Assembly: GCA_002269645.1 (NCBI GenBank)
Contig: NIVC01003220.1
Location: 1-35,381, forward strand
DNA length: 35,381 nucleotides
From: Macrostomum lignano
Taxonomy: Eukaryota
Direction: 5' to 3'
Part shown: piece after piece, positions 9,596 to 21,036 of the stretch
Layout of the letters: every line of letters begins with the position of its first letter
How positions within the stretch are numbered: position 1 is the first letter of the stretch
Notes under the pieces: model-generated
Databases searched by the model: none
The model's input: the letters and a program-made list of their open reading frames with translations, nothing else
What the model was told of the DNA's origin: nothing
Translations under genes and position numbers: made by a program

Positions 9596-11497
9596 ATCAT
9601 TCCGTACTCCTGTCGCGTTTGCAGTCGATGGACTGCGGGACTGGCGTCATCGCCCAGTGAAAATGAGCCTGCACCTACACACAGTCAAACTCCTAAACCA
9701 GATTCTCAATCCGCAATGGCATTATGGGAAACCACTCAGTTCTGGCAAATCCAGTCCCTACTCAGACAATTCATAAGTATTGATTGCAAAAGAAACACGC
9801 CGTACTTATCGGCATGCTGGCCGGTGCCGGAATGTCGCGCAGGTGAAGCCAAGATAATCCAGAGAGACTTTGTGGCCTACTTGATGACGAAGGAGTGATG
9901 ACTGAAGTCTCGAGGCTTTCCAGCTGCCTGTTTGTTATATCAAGCGTTGGGTTTTCTGATTGGACGAGTCCGGGATGACTAGCTCGATTCTGATTGGATG
10001 AGCTCAAAACCCCACAATGCTCTCTATCGAGAGGCCTCTCAGACTCCGTGGGACTTGACAGGTGCGGTCATAAATCATAAAAATGGGGGAAAAGCCAGTC
10101 AAAATCCTTGACTTGTCGGAGCCAAAGAATGACAGCTAGACGATCGCCAATCACAAAAACTGACGAAAACGATGACTAAAAATCACCTTGTTAGAGTGAC
10201 AGGTAGGTGATCATAAATCAAAATCAGTCCAGACCGGCTGAGCTCTGGACAGGTAAACCATTCAACAAAGCAGAAACCACAAAAATTCAGTAAGACCTAG
10301 AAAATTCCAAGAACAAATAGTAGATAAAAATCCTTACCCAGCCTACTTACAGTAACAGAGATGGGAACCAGGCGCGATTCTAAGATTGGAAAAAGTGCGA
10401 CCTCATCAATATTGGTGGCAGATCTGATGCTGAGAAGGACATTGAATGGAATATTGTGTGCCATTCTGGGTGTGCAGCAGCGATGGAGATGGACACATTT
10501 CACCATGCGGAAGTGCTACGGCAATCCGCCAGCCGTTGCACCAAGTCGCCACTGTCGGCATCTCCGCCTCCCATCAGCTCAATTGACCCCAGCTTGAGCA
10601 CACCTGACCCGTCTGTAGTCACCTGCCACTTCTCAGAGTGCTCAATTTCAGCTACAGGTGCCAGAAGCTTTGAAAGTTCTAATAGGAATTCTCCAGCAAG
10701 GTGTCAATGGCAGGGCCTTGGCAACTAAAGACACGGAAGACTGCAGTTTCCATCTGTGACCGTCACAGCTGCTTGAACGGAAACCGCAGACTTGTAATCA
10801 CTCCAGGTACACGCTGATGCTTATTCCTCTGCGATGCCTTCTGCACACACCTGTTCTTGAACCCGTGAGACGCACACGCACCGGATATCTAAATTCATTC
10901 CAGAGGATTTTCCAAGACTTCTGCGTTACCGCAGGGTTCCGCCTGTTGTGGCTGAGGTGTCGAACTCCAGAGTAACATTAAGTATAGTTTAGTGTAACAC
11001 CGAAGAATTCAATATAATTTCAGTATGAAACGCATTATGAAGTGGGCAGTCGGTGGCTGAATAAAGTAGTACAGTCGCATTTTACGCTACTTATTTGAGG
11101 AAAAGCTTGATAAATAAATTTACTTTAATAGCGTAAATATTAAGCATGCTGGAGACAGCACACCGATGCAGACAGTAAAAGTACAAACAGATCAAGGTAG
11201 AAGTGCATCAAAGTGCACTCAGTGCTGTATGGTTACAGTGAGATGTACGATAGAACAGTCAGTACAGTTGGGGTCTGCGAGTGCCTGTCAGTGTGGCTCT
11301 ATGCAGCCTTAGTATGTTGAATAACTGCACACGGCATCGTGTACACACAGATAGCAGACACACACTGACAGGCCGAGAAGACACACACACAGACAGCAGA
11401 CACACAGAGTTGTTGGAGAAAACACACACACACACACAGAGCAGACACATGGACAGACACAAAGGACCACAAAAAATCGATTGCAGTTGATCTGGAA

Positions 11498-11595
11498 GGC
11501 GGATGTCAGGGTGTCAGGCGGACGTCAGGGTCTCAGGCGGATGCCAGGGTGTCAGGCGGATGTCAGGGTGTCAGGCGGATGTCAGGGTGTCAGGC
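11498..11595. repeat. 19-bp tandem repeat, about 5 copies
   Basis: Unit GGCGGATGTCAGGGTGTCA. It is preceded by a CA-rich low-complexity tract at ~11340-11460. Confidence 0.93.
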
Positions 11596-11930
11596 TCCGA
11601 TTTGAGCCCATAGCAACCGCTCTGCTCACATGAGCAGCCCAACCCACATAAACTTGTGCACAGGTCACCAAGACACGCTGAATTTACAAAACAGACTTGA
11701 TAAGAATGATTGCGCATAGCATGCAGCTTCTGATTGGATGAATCTGGCAATGCATTCTGCAGCACAATGCGGCACTCAATGTAAACCAATATGAACAAAA
11801 TCAGTCAGAGTTGCGCACGAGTTGCCCTGTGAGTTCATCTGCACTGATGGCCGAATTGTGGCACCTGAAATTGAAGGTGTGCAGTGGGGGTCTTTGAATT
11901 GACTTTGGTGGGCGATTTTAATGGCATTGG

Positions 11931-12242
11931 GGCGATTCCCAGTGAGATTGGAGGCGAGTCCCAGTGAGATTGGAGGCGATTCCCAGTGAGATTGGAGGCG
12001 ATTTCCAGTGAGATTCCCAGTGAGATTGGAGACGATTTCCAGTGCGATTCCCAGTGAGATTGGAGACGATTCCCAGTGAGATTGGAGGCGATTCCCAGTG
12101 AGATGGGAGGCTATTTCCAGTGAGATTGGAGGCGAGTCGCAGTAAGATTGGAGGCGAGTCGCAGTTAGATTGGAGGCGAGTCGCTGTGAGATTGGAGGCT
12201 ATTCCCAGTGAGATTGGAGGCGATTCCCAGTGAGACGGGAGA
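11931..12242. repeat. 22-bp minisatellite, about 14 copies
   Basis: Unit GGCGATTCCCAGTGAGATTGGA with point variants and two shortened units. Confidence 0.95.
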
Positions 12243-12801
12243 CTAGCAGCTCAAGTATATGGCGGGACAAACAGACAAGATAGAACTGGGCGCTTATGGC
12301 CTCGTATTCACAAGCAAAATACACTAATTAACAAACATTTAAAGAATGACGCGATCAAACAAAAATATTGAGCATCAAAAACTGATCATCCCCACGCCTT
12401 GCCGGTTTTTAGTTGCCAACGCTGAGCTTTCCTACAAGATTGACCAAAGCTGGAACGCTACAAAAATACGCAGTATTTGAGTGAGCTCAAGACAACAGAA
12501 ATGTAGCGAGCACCGCAGTTATGACACGAAAGTCCACAATCGTAGGCAATTTTTAGCAAAGAATTTTATTAGAAACGGCAAGATGATGCTGTGCAGCAAA
12601 GATTCTGCAATATTCTCTGAGTTGAATGAATTCGATCACTTACTCTGTCATCGCTTTTTACAGCTTTTTCCAAGATTTTAAGAGTGTTGCTAGACAGCAA
12701 AGTCTATGCAGAACCTTTGCTACACTGCAATCAATGCTGACAAACCATAATGCGAGTCAGTTTGAAGGAACCACTGTTGGACGTATTTCAGCAGCAAGCG
12801 G

Positions 12802-13177
12802 TTAAACAAAGCTCAAATTTGGACCTTCCTCAGAGTGACTGCCCACCGAGGTGCTTCGGGACGCATGAAACTGTAGAGAATGCGCTACAGGCAGCGGCGG
12901 TGGCACCGGCGGTGTTGGAGTTGACGGCAGCGGAGGTTTCCACAGCTTCCGCCGCTCTGATGCGTCGGTGGTGATTTTTACACAATGTTGTGATATTGTC
13001 GACGGCTGGCGTTGAAAAAGTACTCTGGATTTTGCACCGTCGATGTGTTGTGCGGCACTGCATTCGACTGCGTCTCAGGTGATCTTGGCGCTTCGTCCCG
13101 ACTGTTGCTGGAATCTGCTCGAATCGGTCTCAAGTAGTCATCACCGGATGTACCAGCAGATGACTGGTCTCATTTAG
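12802..13177 (-). CDS. Putative terminal exon encoding a receptor tyrosine kinase (EGFR-like) cytoplasmic tail, one frameshift
   Basis: The minus strand reads SSAGTSGDDYLRPIRADSS...NTSTVQNPEYFF. After a shift at the A5 run (13015-13019) it continues QRQPSTISQH...KLWKPPLPSTPTPPVPPPLP...EEGPNLSFV* (stop 12804-12802). Candidate acceptors are TTTCAG (13178) and ACCAG (13164). I found no kinase exon in the window. Confidence 0.45.
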
Positions 13178-13300
13178 CTGAAAGAGCGGATGTCCCTCTG
13201 CAGAGATTTTGCATGGATCGGAACTGTTGCTAGAAATTCATGCGAAAATTCAATAGTTGAAAATAAATTATAGGATCTCATTTTAGCTCCCAGAGAATCT

Positions 13301-15305
13301 GGATCTGGGAGGATGATGATGAAGCTGAGGATCTGGGCAACGTGGGTGAAGAAGCCGAGGATCTGGGCAGTTGGGTGATGAAGCTGAGAATCTGGGCAGT
13401 TGGGTGATGAAGCTGAGGATCTGGGCAGTTGGGTGATGAAGCTGAGAATCTGGGCAGGTGGGTGATGGAGCTGAGAATCTGGGCAGATGGGTGATGAAGT
13501 TGAGGATCTGGGCAGTTGGGTGATGAAGCTGAGAGTCTGGGCAGTTGGGTGATGAAGCTGAGAATCTGGGCAGGTGGGTGATGGAGCTGAGGATCTGGGC
13601 AGATGGGTGATGAAGTTGAGGATCTGGGCAGTTGGGTGATGAAGCTGAGAGTCTGGGCAGATGGGTGATGAAACTGAGGATCTGGGCAGATGGGTGATGA
13701 AGTTGAGGATCTGGGCAGTTGGGTGATGAAGCTGAGAGTCTGGGAAGGTGGGTGATGGAGCTGATAATCTGGGCAGATGGGTGATGAAGTTGAGGATCTG
13801 GGCAGTTGGGTGATGGAGCTGAGAATCTGGGCAGGTGGGTGATGGAGCTGAGAACCTGGGCAGATGGGTGATGAAGTTGAGGATCTGGGCAGGTGGGTGA
13901 TGAAGTTGAGGATCTGGGCAGGTGGGTGATGAAGTTGAGGATCTGGGCAGGTGGGTGATGAAGTTGAGGATCTGGGCAGATGGGTGATGGAGCTGAGGAT
14001 CTGGGCAGGTGGGTGATGAAGTTGAGGATCTGGGCAGATGGGTGATGAAGTTGAGGTTCTGGGCAGGTGGGTGATGAAGTTGAGGATCTGGGCAGGTGGG
14101 TGATGAAGTTGAGGATCTGGGCAGATGAGTGATGGAGCTGAGGATCTGGGCAGATGGGTGATGGAGCTGAGGATCTGGGCAGGTGGGTGATGGTGCAGAG
14201 GATCTGGGCAGATGGGTGATGAAGCTGAGGATCTGGGCAGATGAGTGATGAAGCTGAGGATCTGGGCAGGTGGGTGATGAAGCTGAGGATCTGGGCAGAT
14301 GGGTGATGAAGTTGAGGATCTGGGCAGATGGGTGATGGAGCTGAGGATCTGGGCAGGTGGATGATGAAGCTGAGGATCTGGGCAGATTGGTGATGAAGCT
14401 GAGGATCTGGGCAGATGGGTGATGGTGCAGAGGATCTGGGCAGATGTGTGATGGTGCAGAGGATCTGGGCAGGTGGGTGATGGTGCAGAGGATCTGGGCA
14501 GATGGGTGATGGAGCTGAGGATCTGGGCAGGTGGATGATGAAGCTGAGGATCTGGGCAGATTGGTGATGAAGCTGAGGATCTGGGCAGATGGGTGATGGT
14601 GCAGAGGATCTGGGCAGATGTGTGATGGTGCAGAGGATCTGGGCAGGTGGGTGATGGTGCAGAGGATCTGGGCAGATGGGTGATGGAGCTGAGGATCTGG
14701 GCAGGTGGGTGATGGTGCAGAGGATCTGGGCAGGTGGGTGATGAAGCTGAGGATCTGGGCAGATGAGTGATGGAGCTGAGGATCTGGGCAGGGGGATGAT
14801 GAAGTTGAGGATCTGGGCAGATGGGTGATGAAGCTGAGGATCTGGGCAGATGGGAGATGAAGCTGAGGATCTGGGCAGGTGGGTGATGAAGTTGAGGATC
14901 TGGGCAGATGGGTGATGGAGCTGAGGATCTGGGCAGATGGATGATGAAGCTGAGGATCTGGGCAGATGGGTGATGAAACTGAGGATCTGGGCAGATGGGT
15001 GATGAAGCTGAGGATCTGGGCAGGTGGGTGATGAAGTTGAGGATCTGGGCAGGTGGGTGATGGAGCTGAGGATCTGGGCAGATGGATGATGAAGCTAAGG
15101 ATCTGGGCAGATGGGTGATGAAGCTGAGGATCTGGGCAGGTGGGTGATGGTGCAGAGGATCTGGGCAGATGGGTGATGAAGCTGAGGATCTGGGCAGATG
15201 AGTGATGGAGCTGAAGATCTGGGCAGGTGGGTTATGGAGCTGAAGATCTGGGCAGGTGGGTTATGGAGCTGAAGATCTGGGCAGATGGGTGATGGAGCTG
15301 AGAAT
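13301..15305. repeat. 29-bp G-rich minisatellite, about 69 copies
   Basis: Unit GGATCTGGGCAG(A/G/T)TGGGTGATG(A/G)AG(C/T)TGA, with a sub-variant ...GATGGTGCAGA concentrated at 14180-14730. Confidence 0.98.
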
Positions 15306-15313
15306 CCGGTAGG

Positions 15314-15722
15314 ACGGTAGGCGGCATGGCTCTGCTGAGGTGCCGCTGCTCTCACTTGGAAAATTTCAAACAAAATGCCGCCCTGACTGCCTGATTGGTG
15401 CCTTGCTGCGGGGCACTGAGTCCTGATGATGCTTGAGCAGTTGTGCTAAGCTGCAACCTGATGAAGCCAGAGCACCTGAAGCTGAAGCTGGGCGAACTCA
15501 GTGGATGCAGAGGCTCATGCCTCACAGGTGCACTTATTTGGCTCTGCAGAGAGCGTCGAAATTCTGTGGCGTCTCACCGAGCAGCTTGGGCTGTAAACTG
15601 GGCCAGACGGAGGGCATTGCAACCCTCGCCACACAGCGAGAGGCGCCCCCACTCTCACTGGAGTCTCTAACGCCCTTCGCAGGCTGGGCAACGTCGCGCA
15701 CAATGTACACATTTTATTGATA
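15314..15722. repeat. Dispersed ~420-bp repeat, copy 2
   Basis: Direct-orientation paralog of 4198-4616, abutting the end of the 29-bp array. Confidence 0.92.
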
Positions 15723-15748
15723 TGTATGATATGTATATGTATTCTTGC

Positions 15749-17655
15749 AAAATCTCCTAAGAAGTCAGGACTCTACAGGTTAATTATTGCCTTTGTTTTC
15801 TCCTTTAAATACGTAACGACGGAGTCGGTAAAGACTTTTGCAACATGTGCAGCTTCTCAGTCTCCAGCATGCACTCCATTCGTTAGAAATATTCATCAAT
15901 AGCTGTCTTACGCGTGCTGAAAGCAGATCTACACATGAAACACGGCTGCAAAAATGAATTGCCATGACAACCGCTGTTCCCAAGCGCAAGACGATTCAGA
16001 AGCTGAGAGAGAGTCTGCTAGATGGACGAAGTTGGCTGCTTTGCTGTGTTTTCAGTCGGCAGACAACTTCAAGAGGAGACAGTCAAAAGCAACTGAACAA
16101 GAATCTTGCGAAGAGTTATTTTTCTTTCTCCAAAGATGAGCACAATCTCATTCATTGCAACTCTTCTAACTTCGTAGTTGTTGGGGAGATCGCATTGAAA
16201 ACACGATCGCCAAGACAAACACCCAAGGCCTGACTGACTGTTTGAGCTACTCACAGTCGATTTTCTACCTGGACACAAGGACCACTGTATATATACAGTG
16301 GTCCTTGCCTGGACTGTACTCGTCAACTCTGAAAAGTCGTTGAGCTCTAAAATTGATAAAATGGTCTTTTCTTAAAATTATTTTCTCTTATAGATTTCTG
16401 ATTCAGCTGCAACTACTTATTACTTTTGCTTTGAACTTTCAATTTTCAGTTCTAACATCGAGGGGCGCCAGCACCAAGGGGCGCCAGCACCAAGGGTCAT
16501 TGCACAGTTTACGAGTACAATGAATTGAAGCTTTTAATAATTCTAGAGAGTAACGAAAAAATTGCCGATATGTATCGAAAAACATCTTTATCACGCGGTA
16601 AATACATACATTGAATAGCTTGAAAAGTGTTAAGGAAAGGCAACAAATAGGCACAATAAAGTAATTACGACTAGATTTATGTGCGGGACATCCATGGATT
16701 CTCAGTTTGGAAAGTGTACATTTAAATTCGTGCAAACACGCATCATGTTGCAAGTGACATGCACATGTACATGCACAGCAAAAAGTGGAGGTATCGAATT
16801 AGCGTGAGGGAAATTGCCGTCTGGTAGCAGAATTAGGAATTGCTTTTGTTTCAACATCGCTTCCCCTCACACCGCGGTCCCACCGGTAGATGTCTGGTTT
16901 ATTCTGCTTAATGTCAAGACTATAACGAATTGTACAATTTTTCTTTTTTCTCATCGCAATATTCTCATCATACTCATGTTGCACTACTGATGAATAAGTA
17001 GAAATCTGGAGCGGAAGTAGAATCGCTAGTCAACTAAAGTTAATTTTCGATATCGATTACCGTATCTTTTAATATCTTTTAAAGCATTTTGTATACACGG
17101 AATTTACATGTGCAAATTCTTCAAACGTAAAACTTTTTACTTTTTCTAAGTAAATGAAATTATATTCAATTTATTATCTACTGAACTAGTTACTCCTAAT
17201 TTTTTGCCGATATGTATCGAAAACAACTATTTAAATGGGTAGAACTACATGTGCACATTGTAAAACTTGGCGGTGTGGCAAAAGTGGGTGTCAAATTAGC
17301 AATGAGGGAATTGCCAGTTCGGACAGTATAATGGACCGCCCGAACTTGGTTGGCAAAGGTTGGAGTTGCTTTTGGCTCAACACCGTTTACCCCTCACGCC
17401 GCGGCCCACCGGTGGAAATAAATGTCTATTCTGCTATTTATGCTGCGCTTCAACACCTATAATAGTGAAATGTTTAATTGTTTTCATTAAAACGTTCTTA
17501 TGGTACGCACATAGCACTACTGAGTTTGTGAGTTGACAGTAGAATGTTATGTTTTGGCGAAATATTTCAAAAATAAATTTCTAGATAAAGCCATAATAAA
17601 TACCGCAGACTCGTACAATACACTGGCCGAACAGCTGTTTGCCTGAGACATTCCT
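15749..17655. repeat. Duplicated block X (paralog of 23022-26450, lacking the lectin CDS)
   Basis: Colinear matches: 15749-16125 with 23022-23450, GATGAGCACAATCTC with GATGAGCATCAATCTC, 16245-16335 with 24400-24455, 16461-16496 with 24825-25401, and 16497-17655 with 25402-26450. Confidence 0.85.
16276..16307. repeat. Perfect 32-bp palindrome flanked by CCTGGAC direct repeats
   Basis: CAAGGACCACTGT-ATATAT-ACAGTGGTCCTTG, with CCTGGAC at 16268-16274 and 16308-16314. Confidence 0.95.
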
Positions 17656-17785
17656 AACACTCCTAGCAACTACACATCACTGCGTACTACTACACTATAC
17701 TTAATTTTAGGCAAGTTATGAAAAATGAATGCAAAAACGGAATATTCGCATGCTTTCATTTTTCTTTTTTTTCAGCTTTTTTATT

Positions 17786-17836
17786 GTTTGCGCGACATGT
17801 TTCGCCGAACCATCAGCATCTTCAGGCAATTGCGCA
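17786..17836 (-). ncRNA. Minimal type I hammerhead ribozyme, Penelope-like retroelement type
   Basis: The minus strand reads UUGC-CUGAAGA-U-GCUGA-UGGU-UCGGC-GAAA-CAU-GUC^GCGCAA. It has the conserved core CUGANGA (17825-17819) and GAAA (17803-17800), a 5-bp stem II with tetraloop, palindromic ACAUGU as stem III and a GUC cleavage triplet (17796-17794). AAUAAA follows about 10 nt downstream. Confidence 0.85.
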
Positions 17837-18360
17837 GAAAGATGATAGAATGAAGTCTAACGAGCTATGGGCAGCAAAATAAGATGGCAAAGTTTGAGAG
17901 GCAAGCACATGGGGTCAGAACTATGGGGTGTTCGGGGGTTCGGAGATGCACAATGCGAACAGTTTATTGTGACCTTCAGATATAATTTAGTTGTATACAT
18001 TACATCCGGGTTAGAAGTAAAAATAGCTAGCAAATAGTATCATACTTGCATTTAAATTTCCTGAAGGTTTGGAATTGAGCTATTTTGTTGATTTATGTAA
18101 AATACAAAAAAACCGCGGTATTATAACCAAAGAGCCTATTGATTGATAAAAATACTGACCAGTTCTGTGTCAGAAGTTCGGCGGCGGGTCGGGCTTTGGT
18201 ACCGGGTTTGCAGGTTCGGGCCAGGTTTGAAGCAATGTTCGGGGTAGGGGTAACGGACTCCGAAAAAATCGCCTTTGGCTTCAGGAGGAGCGCAATCTAT
18301 GTAGAACCAATCATGTCAGTACGAGCATCTCCGCAGGTGGCACGACACCCGGAATTATAG

Positions 18361-18640
18361 GCAATCCCGTGCGGCCTCCCCTGCCCATCTCCTCTCCTGA
18401 GTAGAGCCCTCCTCAGGCTCAACCGCAGAGACCTCAGAGCAGTTAGCATGGCCCTCTCTGGGCATGGCTGCTTCTCTCGCCACCGCTTCCTTCAGGGCCA
18501 AGTACCCGAGGAGCGGTGCCCCTTCTGCCGCTCAGGCAGTGAAAACGCCGAGCATTTTATCTGCCACTGCCCGGTGTTCACCAGGGCCAGGCTCACTCAC
18601 CTCGGGCCAAACCCGGCCCGGTTCTCTCCGACGTTTGCAG
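18361..18640 (+). mobile_element. 3' fragment of a non-LTR retrotransposon ORF2 (R1/Loa/I-group-like C-terminal zinc knuckle), 5'-truncated
   Basis: LLRLNRRDLRAVSMALSGHGCFSRHRF...CPFCRSGSENAEHFICHCPVFTRAR contains the GHG and C-x2-C-x8-H-x4-C motifs of LINE ORF2 C-termini. GC-rich sequence to ~18950 is probably its 3' UTR. Confidence 0.8.
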
Positions 18641-19360
18641 GCCCGAGAGCATCCTGCTGCTCGCCCGGTACCTCAGGGACACGGGACGAGCTGAGTTCTT
18701 CCCCACCGTCGGTGAGGAGGACCGCGCTGCAGGCGAGACCGACGGGTCCCCCTGAGCGACACCACTTCAACGGAAGTCATTGGTCGCCAGGGGCTAGCGG
18801 AATGGGCGGTCTCCTCCGCCTCCTCGCTGCATCCGCGGGACGCCCCCTGCAGCTAATTCAGGTAAGTCAATCATGCCAGTAAGGGACCCATGGCCTCATC
18901 TGCATGCGCCACTGGGGCAGCCCAGACTGCCGAGGAATGGAATTCAAGACTTCTGCTGCTGACTCTTATTCTGAAAGTGTAAAAGATTTAAAATTCCAAA
19001 TTGCTTGTAGTTCCAGCCAAGGAATGAAGATTCACAACTGCTTTCTGGTTTCAGCATCTTGCTGGAGTTCTATGTAAATCCTCATCGGTCATTTGCTCCT
19101 AGTAAATGCAGGCCAGAACTCAAAAATGCTTTTATTGAGCGACAAGACCGATAGCGGAAAATGTCCGTGACAGATTCGGCTAGTTCTGAAAAGCAGATAT
19201 TTTATATTTTATATTTTATAGCATTTTTAAATATTTATGGCTTATTAACACTACATTGATGAATTTTACAGCCTTTTTATTGACCAAGGCAGCAGATTTC
19301 GACTTGGACTTGTATCAAGAGTACGGTTGGTTCCTTTAGAACTACTAGTAAATCTAATGC

Positions 19361-21032
19361 GATTGGGCTTAGCCATGGTGTGTGATTGGGCTTAGCCATG
19401 GTGTGTGATTGGGCTTAGCCATGGTGTTGTGTGATTGGGCTTAGCCATGGTGTGTGATTGGGCTTAGCCATGGTGTGTGATTGGGCTTAGCCATGGTGTG
19501 TGATTGGGCTTAGCCATGGTGTGTGATTGGGCTTAGCCATGGTGTGTGATTGGGCTTAGCCATGGTGTGTGATTGGGCTTAGCCATGGTGTGTGATTGGG
19601 CTTAGCCATGGTGTTGTGTGATTGGGCTTAGCCATGGTGTGTGATTGGGCTTAGTCATGGTGTGTGATTGGGCTTAGCCATGGTGTTGTGTGATTGGGCT
19701 TAGTCATGGTGTGTGATTGGGCTTAGCCATGGTGTGTGATTGGGCTTAGCCATGGTGTGTGATTGGGCTTAGTCATGGTGTGTGATTGGGCTTAGCCATG
19801 GTGTTGTGTGATTGGGCTTAGTCATGGTGTGTGATTGGGCTTAGCCATGGTGTGTGATTGGGCTTAGCCATGGTGTGTGATTGGGCTTAGCCATGGTGTG
19901 TGATTGGGCTTAGCCATGGTGTGTGATTGGGCTTAGCCATGGTGTGTGATTGGGCTTAGCCATGGTGTGTGATTGGGCTTAGCCATGGTGTTGTGTGATT
20001 GGGCTTAGCCATGGTGTGTGATTGGGCTTAGCCATGGTGTGTGATTGGGCTTAGCCATGGTGTTGTGTGATTGGGCTTATCCATGATGTGTGATTGGGCT
20101 TAGCCAGGGTGTGTGATTGGGCTTAGTCATGGTGTGTGATTGGGCTTAGTCATGGTGTTGTGTGATTGGGCTTAGCCATGATGTGTGATTGGGCTTAGCC
20201 ATGGTGTGTGATTGGGCTTAGTCATGGTGTGTGATTGGGCTTAGTCATGGTGTGTGATTGGGCTTAGTCATGGTGTGTGATTGGGCTTAGCCATGATTTT
20301 TTGTGATTGGGCTTAGCCATGGTGTGTGATTGGGCTTAGCCATGGTGTGCGATTGGGCTTAGCCATGGTGTGTGATTGGGCTTAGTCATGGTGTGTGATT
20401 GGGCTCAGTCATGGTGTTTGATTGGGCTTAGTCATGGTGTGTGATTGGGCTTAGCTATGGTGTGTGATTGGGCTTAGCCATGATGTGTGATTGGGCTTAG
20501 CCATGGTGTGTGATTGGGCTTAGCCATGATGTGTGATTGGGCTTAGCCATGGTGTGTGATTGGGCTTAGCCATGGTGTGTGATTGGGCTTAGCCATGGTG
20601 TGTGATTGGGCTTAGCCATGGTGTGTGATTGGGCTTAGCCATGGTGTTGTGTGATTGGGCTTAGCCATGATGTGTGATTGGGCTTAGCCATGGTGTGTGA
20701 TTGGGCTTAGCCATGGTGTGTGATTGGGCTTAGCCATGATGTGTGATTGGGCTTAGCCATGATGTGTGATTGGGCTTAGCCATGGTGTGTGATTGGGCTT
20801 AGCCATGGTGTGTGATTGGGCTTAGCCATGGTGTGTGATTGGGCTTAGCCATGGTGTTGTGTGATTGGGCTTAGCCATGTTGTGTGATTGGGCTTAGCCA
20901 TGGTGTGTGATTGGGCTTAGCCATGGTGTTGTGTGATTGGGCTTAGCCATGGTGTGTGATTGGGCTTAGCCATGGTGTTGTGTGATTGGGCTTAGCCATG
21001 GTGTGTGATTGGGCTTAGCCATGGTGTGTGAT
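19361..21032. repeat. 23-bp satellite array, about 70 copies, with interspersed 26-bp variants
   Basis: Unit GATTGGGCTTAGCCATGGTGTGT. Variants carry a GTT insertion, AGTCATG or CATGATG. Confidence 0.99.
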
Positions 21033-21036
21033 TGCA

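Noticed and set aside
8956-9898. Long ORFs through the 16-bp array
   Set aside because: Pyrimidine-rich repeats lack stops, and the unique flanks show no recognisable domain.
10290-10900. Possible decayed hAT/BED transposase on the minus strand (AHNIPFNV, Cys/His-rich stretch)
   Set aside because: Only a weak motif impression, with several stops and no TIRs found. It needs a profile search.
13301-15305. Each 29-bp unit contains GTGATGA and CTGA (box C/D-like) and two GGG runs (G4-like)
   Set aside because: The boxes are only about 2 nt apart, with no guide or stem, and alternate G-run loops are about 18 nt. Probably compositional.
17235-17462. Near-identical small ORFs here and at 26023-26250 (MGRTTCAHC...)
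   Set aside because: Conservation reflects the DNA duplication. The third copy is frameshifted and no domain is recognisable.
18170-18275. GGTTCGGG/CGGG-rich tract resembling hAT subterminal repeats
   Set aside because: No TIR or 8-bp TSD identified.
19361-21032. Telomere-like repeat (GGGCTTAG)
   Set aside because: The unit is 23 bp and contains TTAGCC rather than tandem TTAGGG/TTAGGC, so it is an interstitial satellite.
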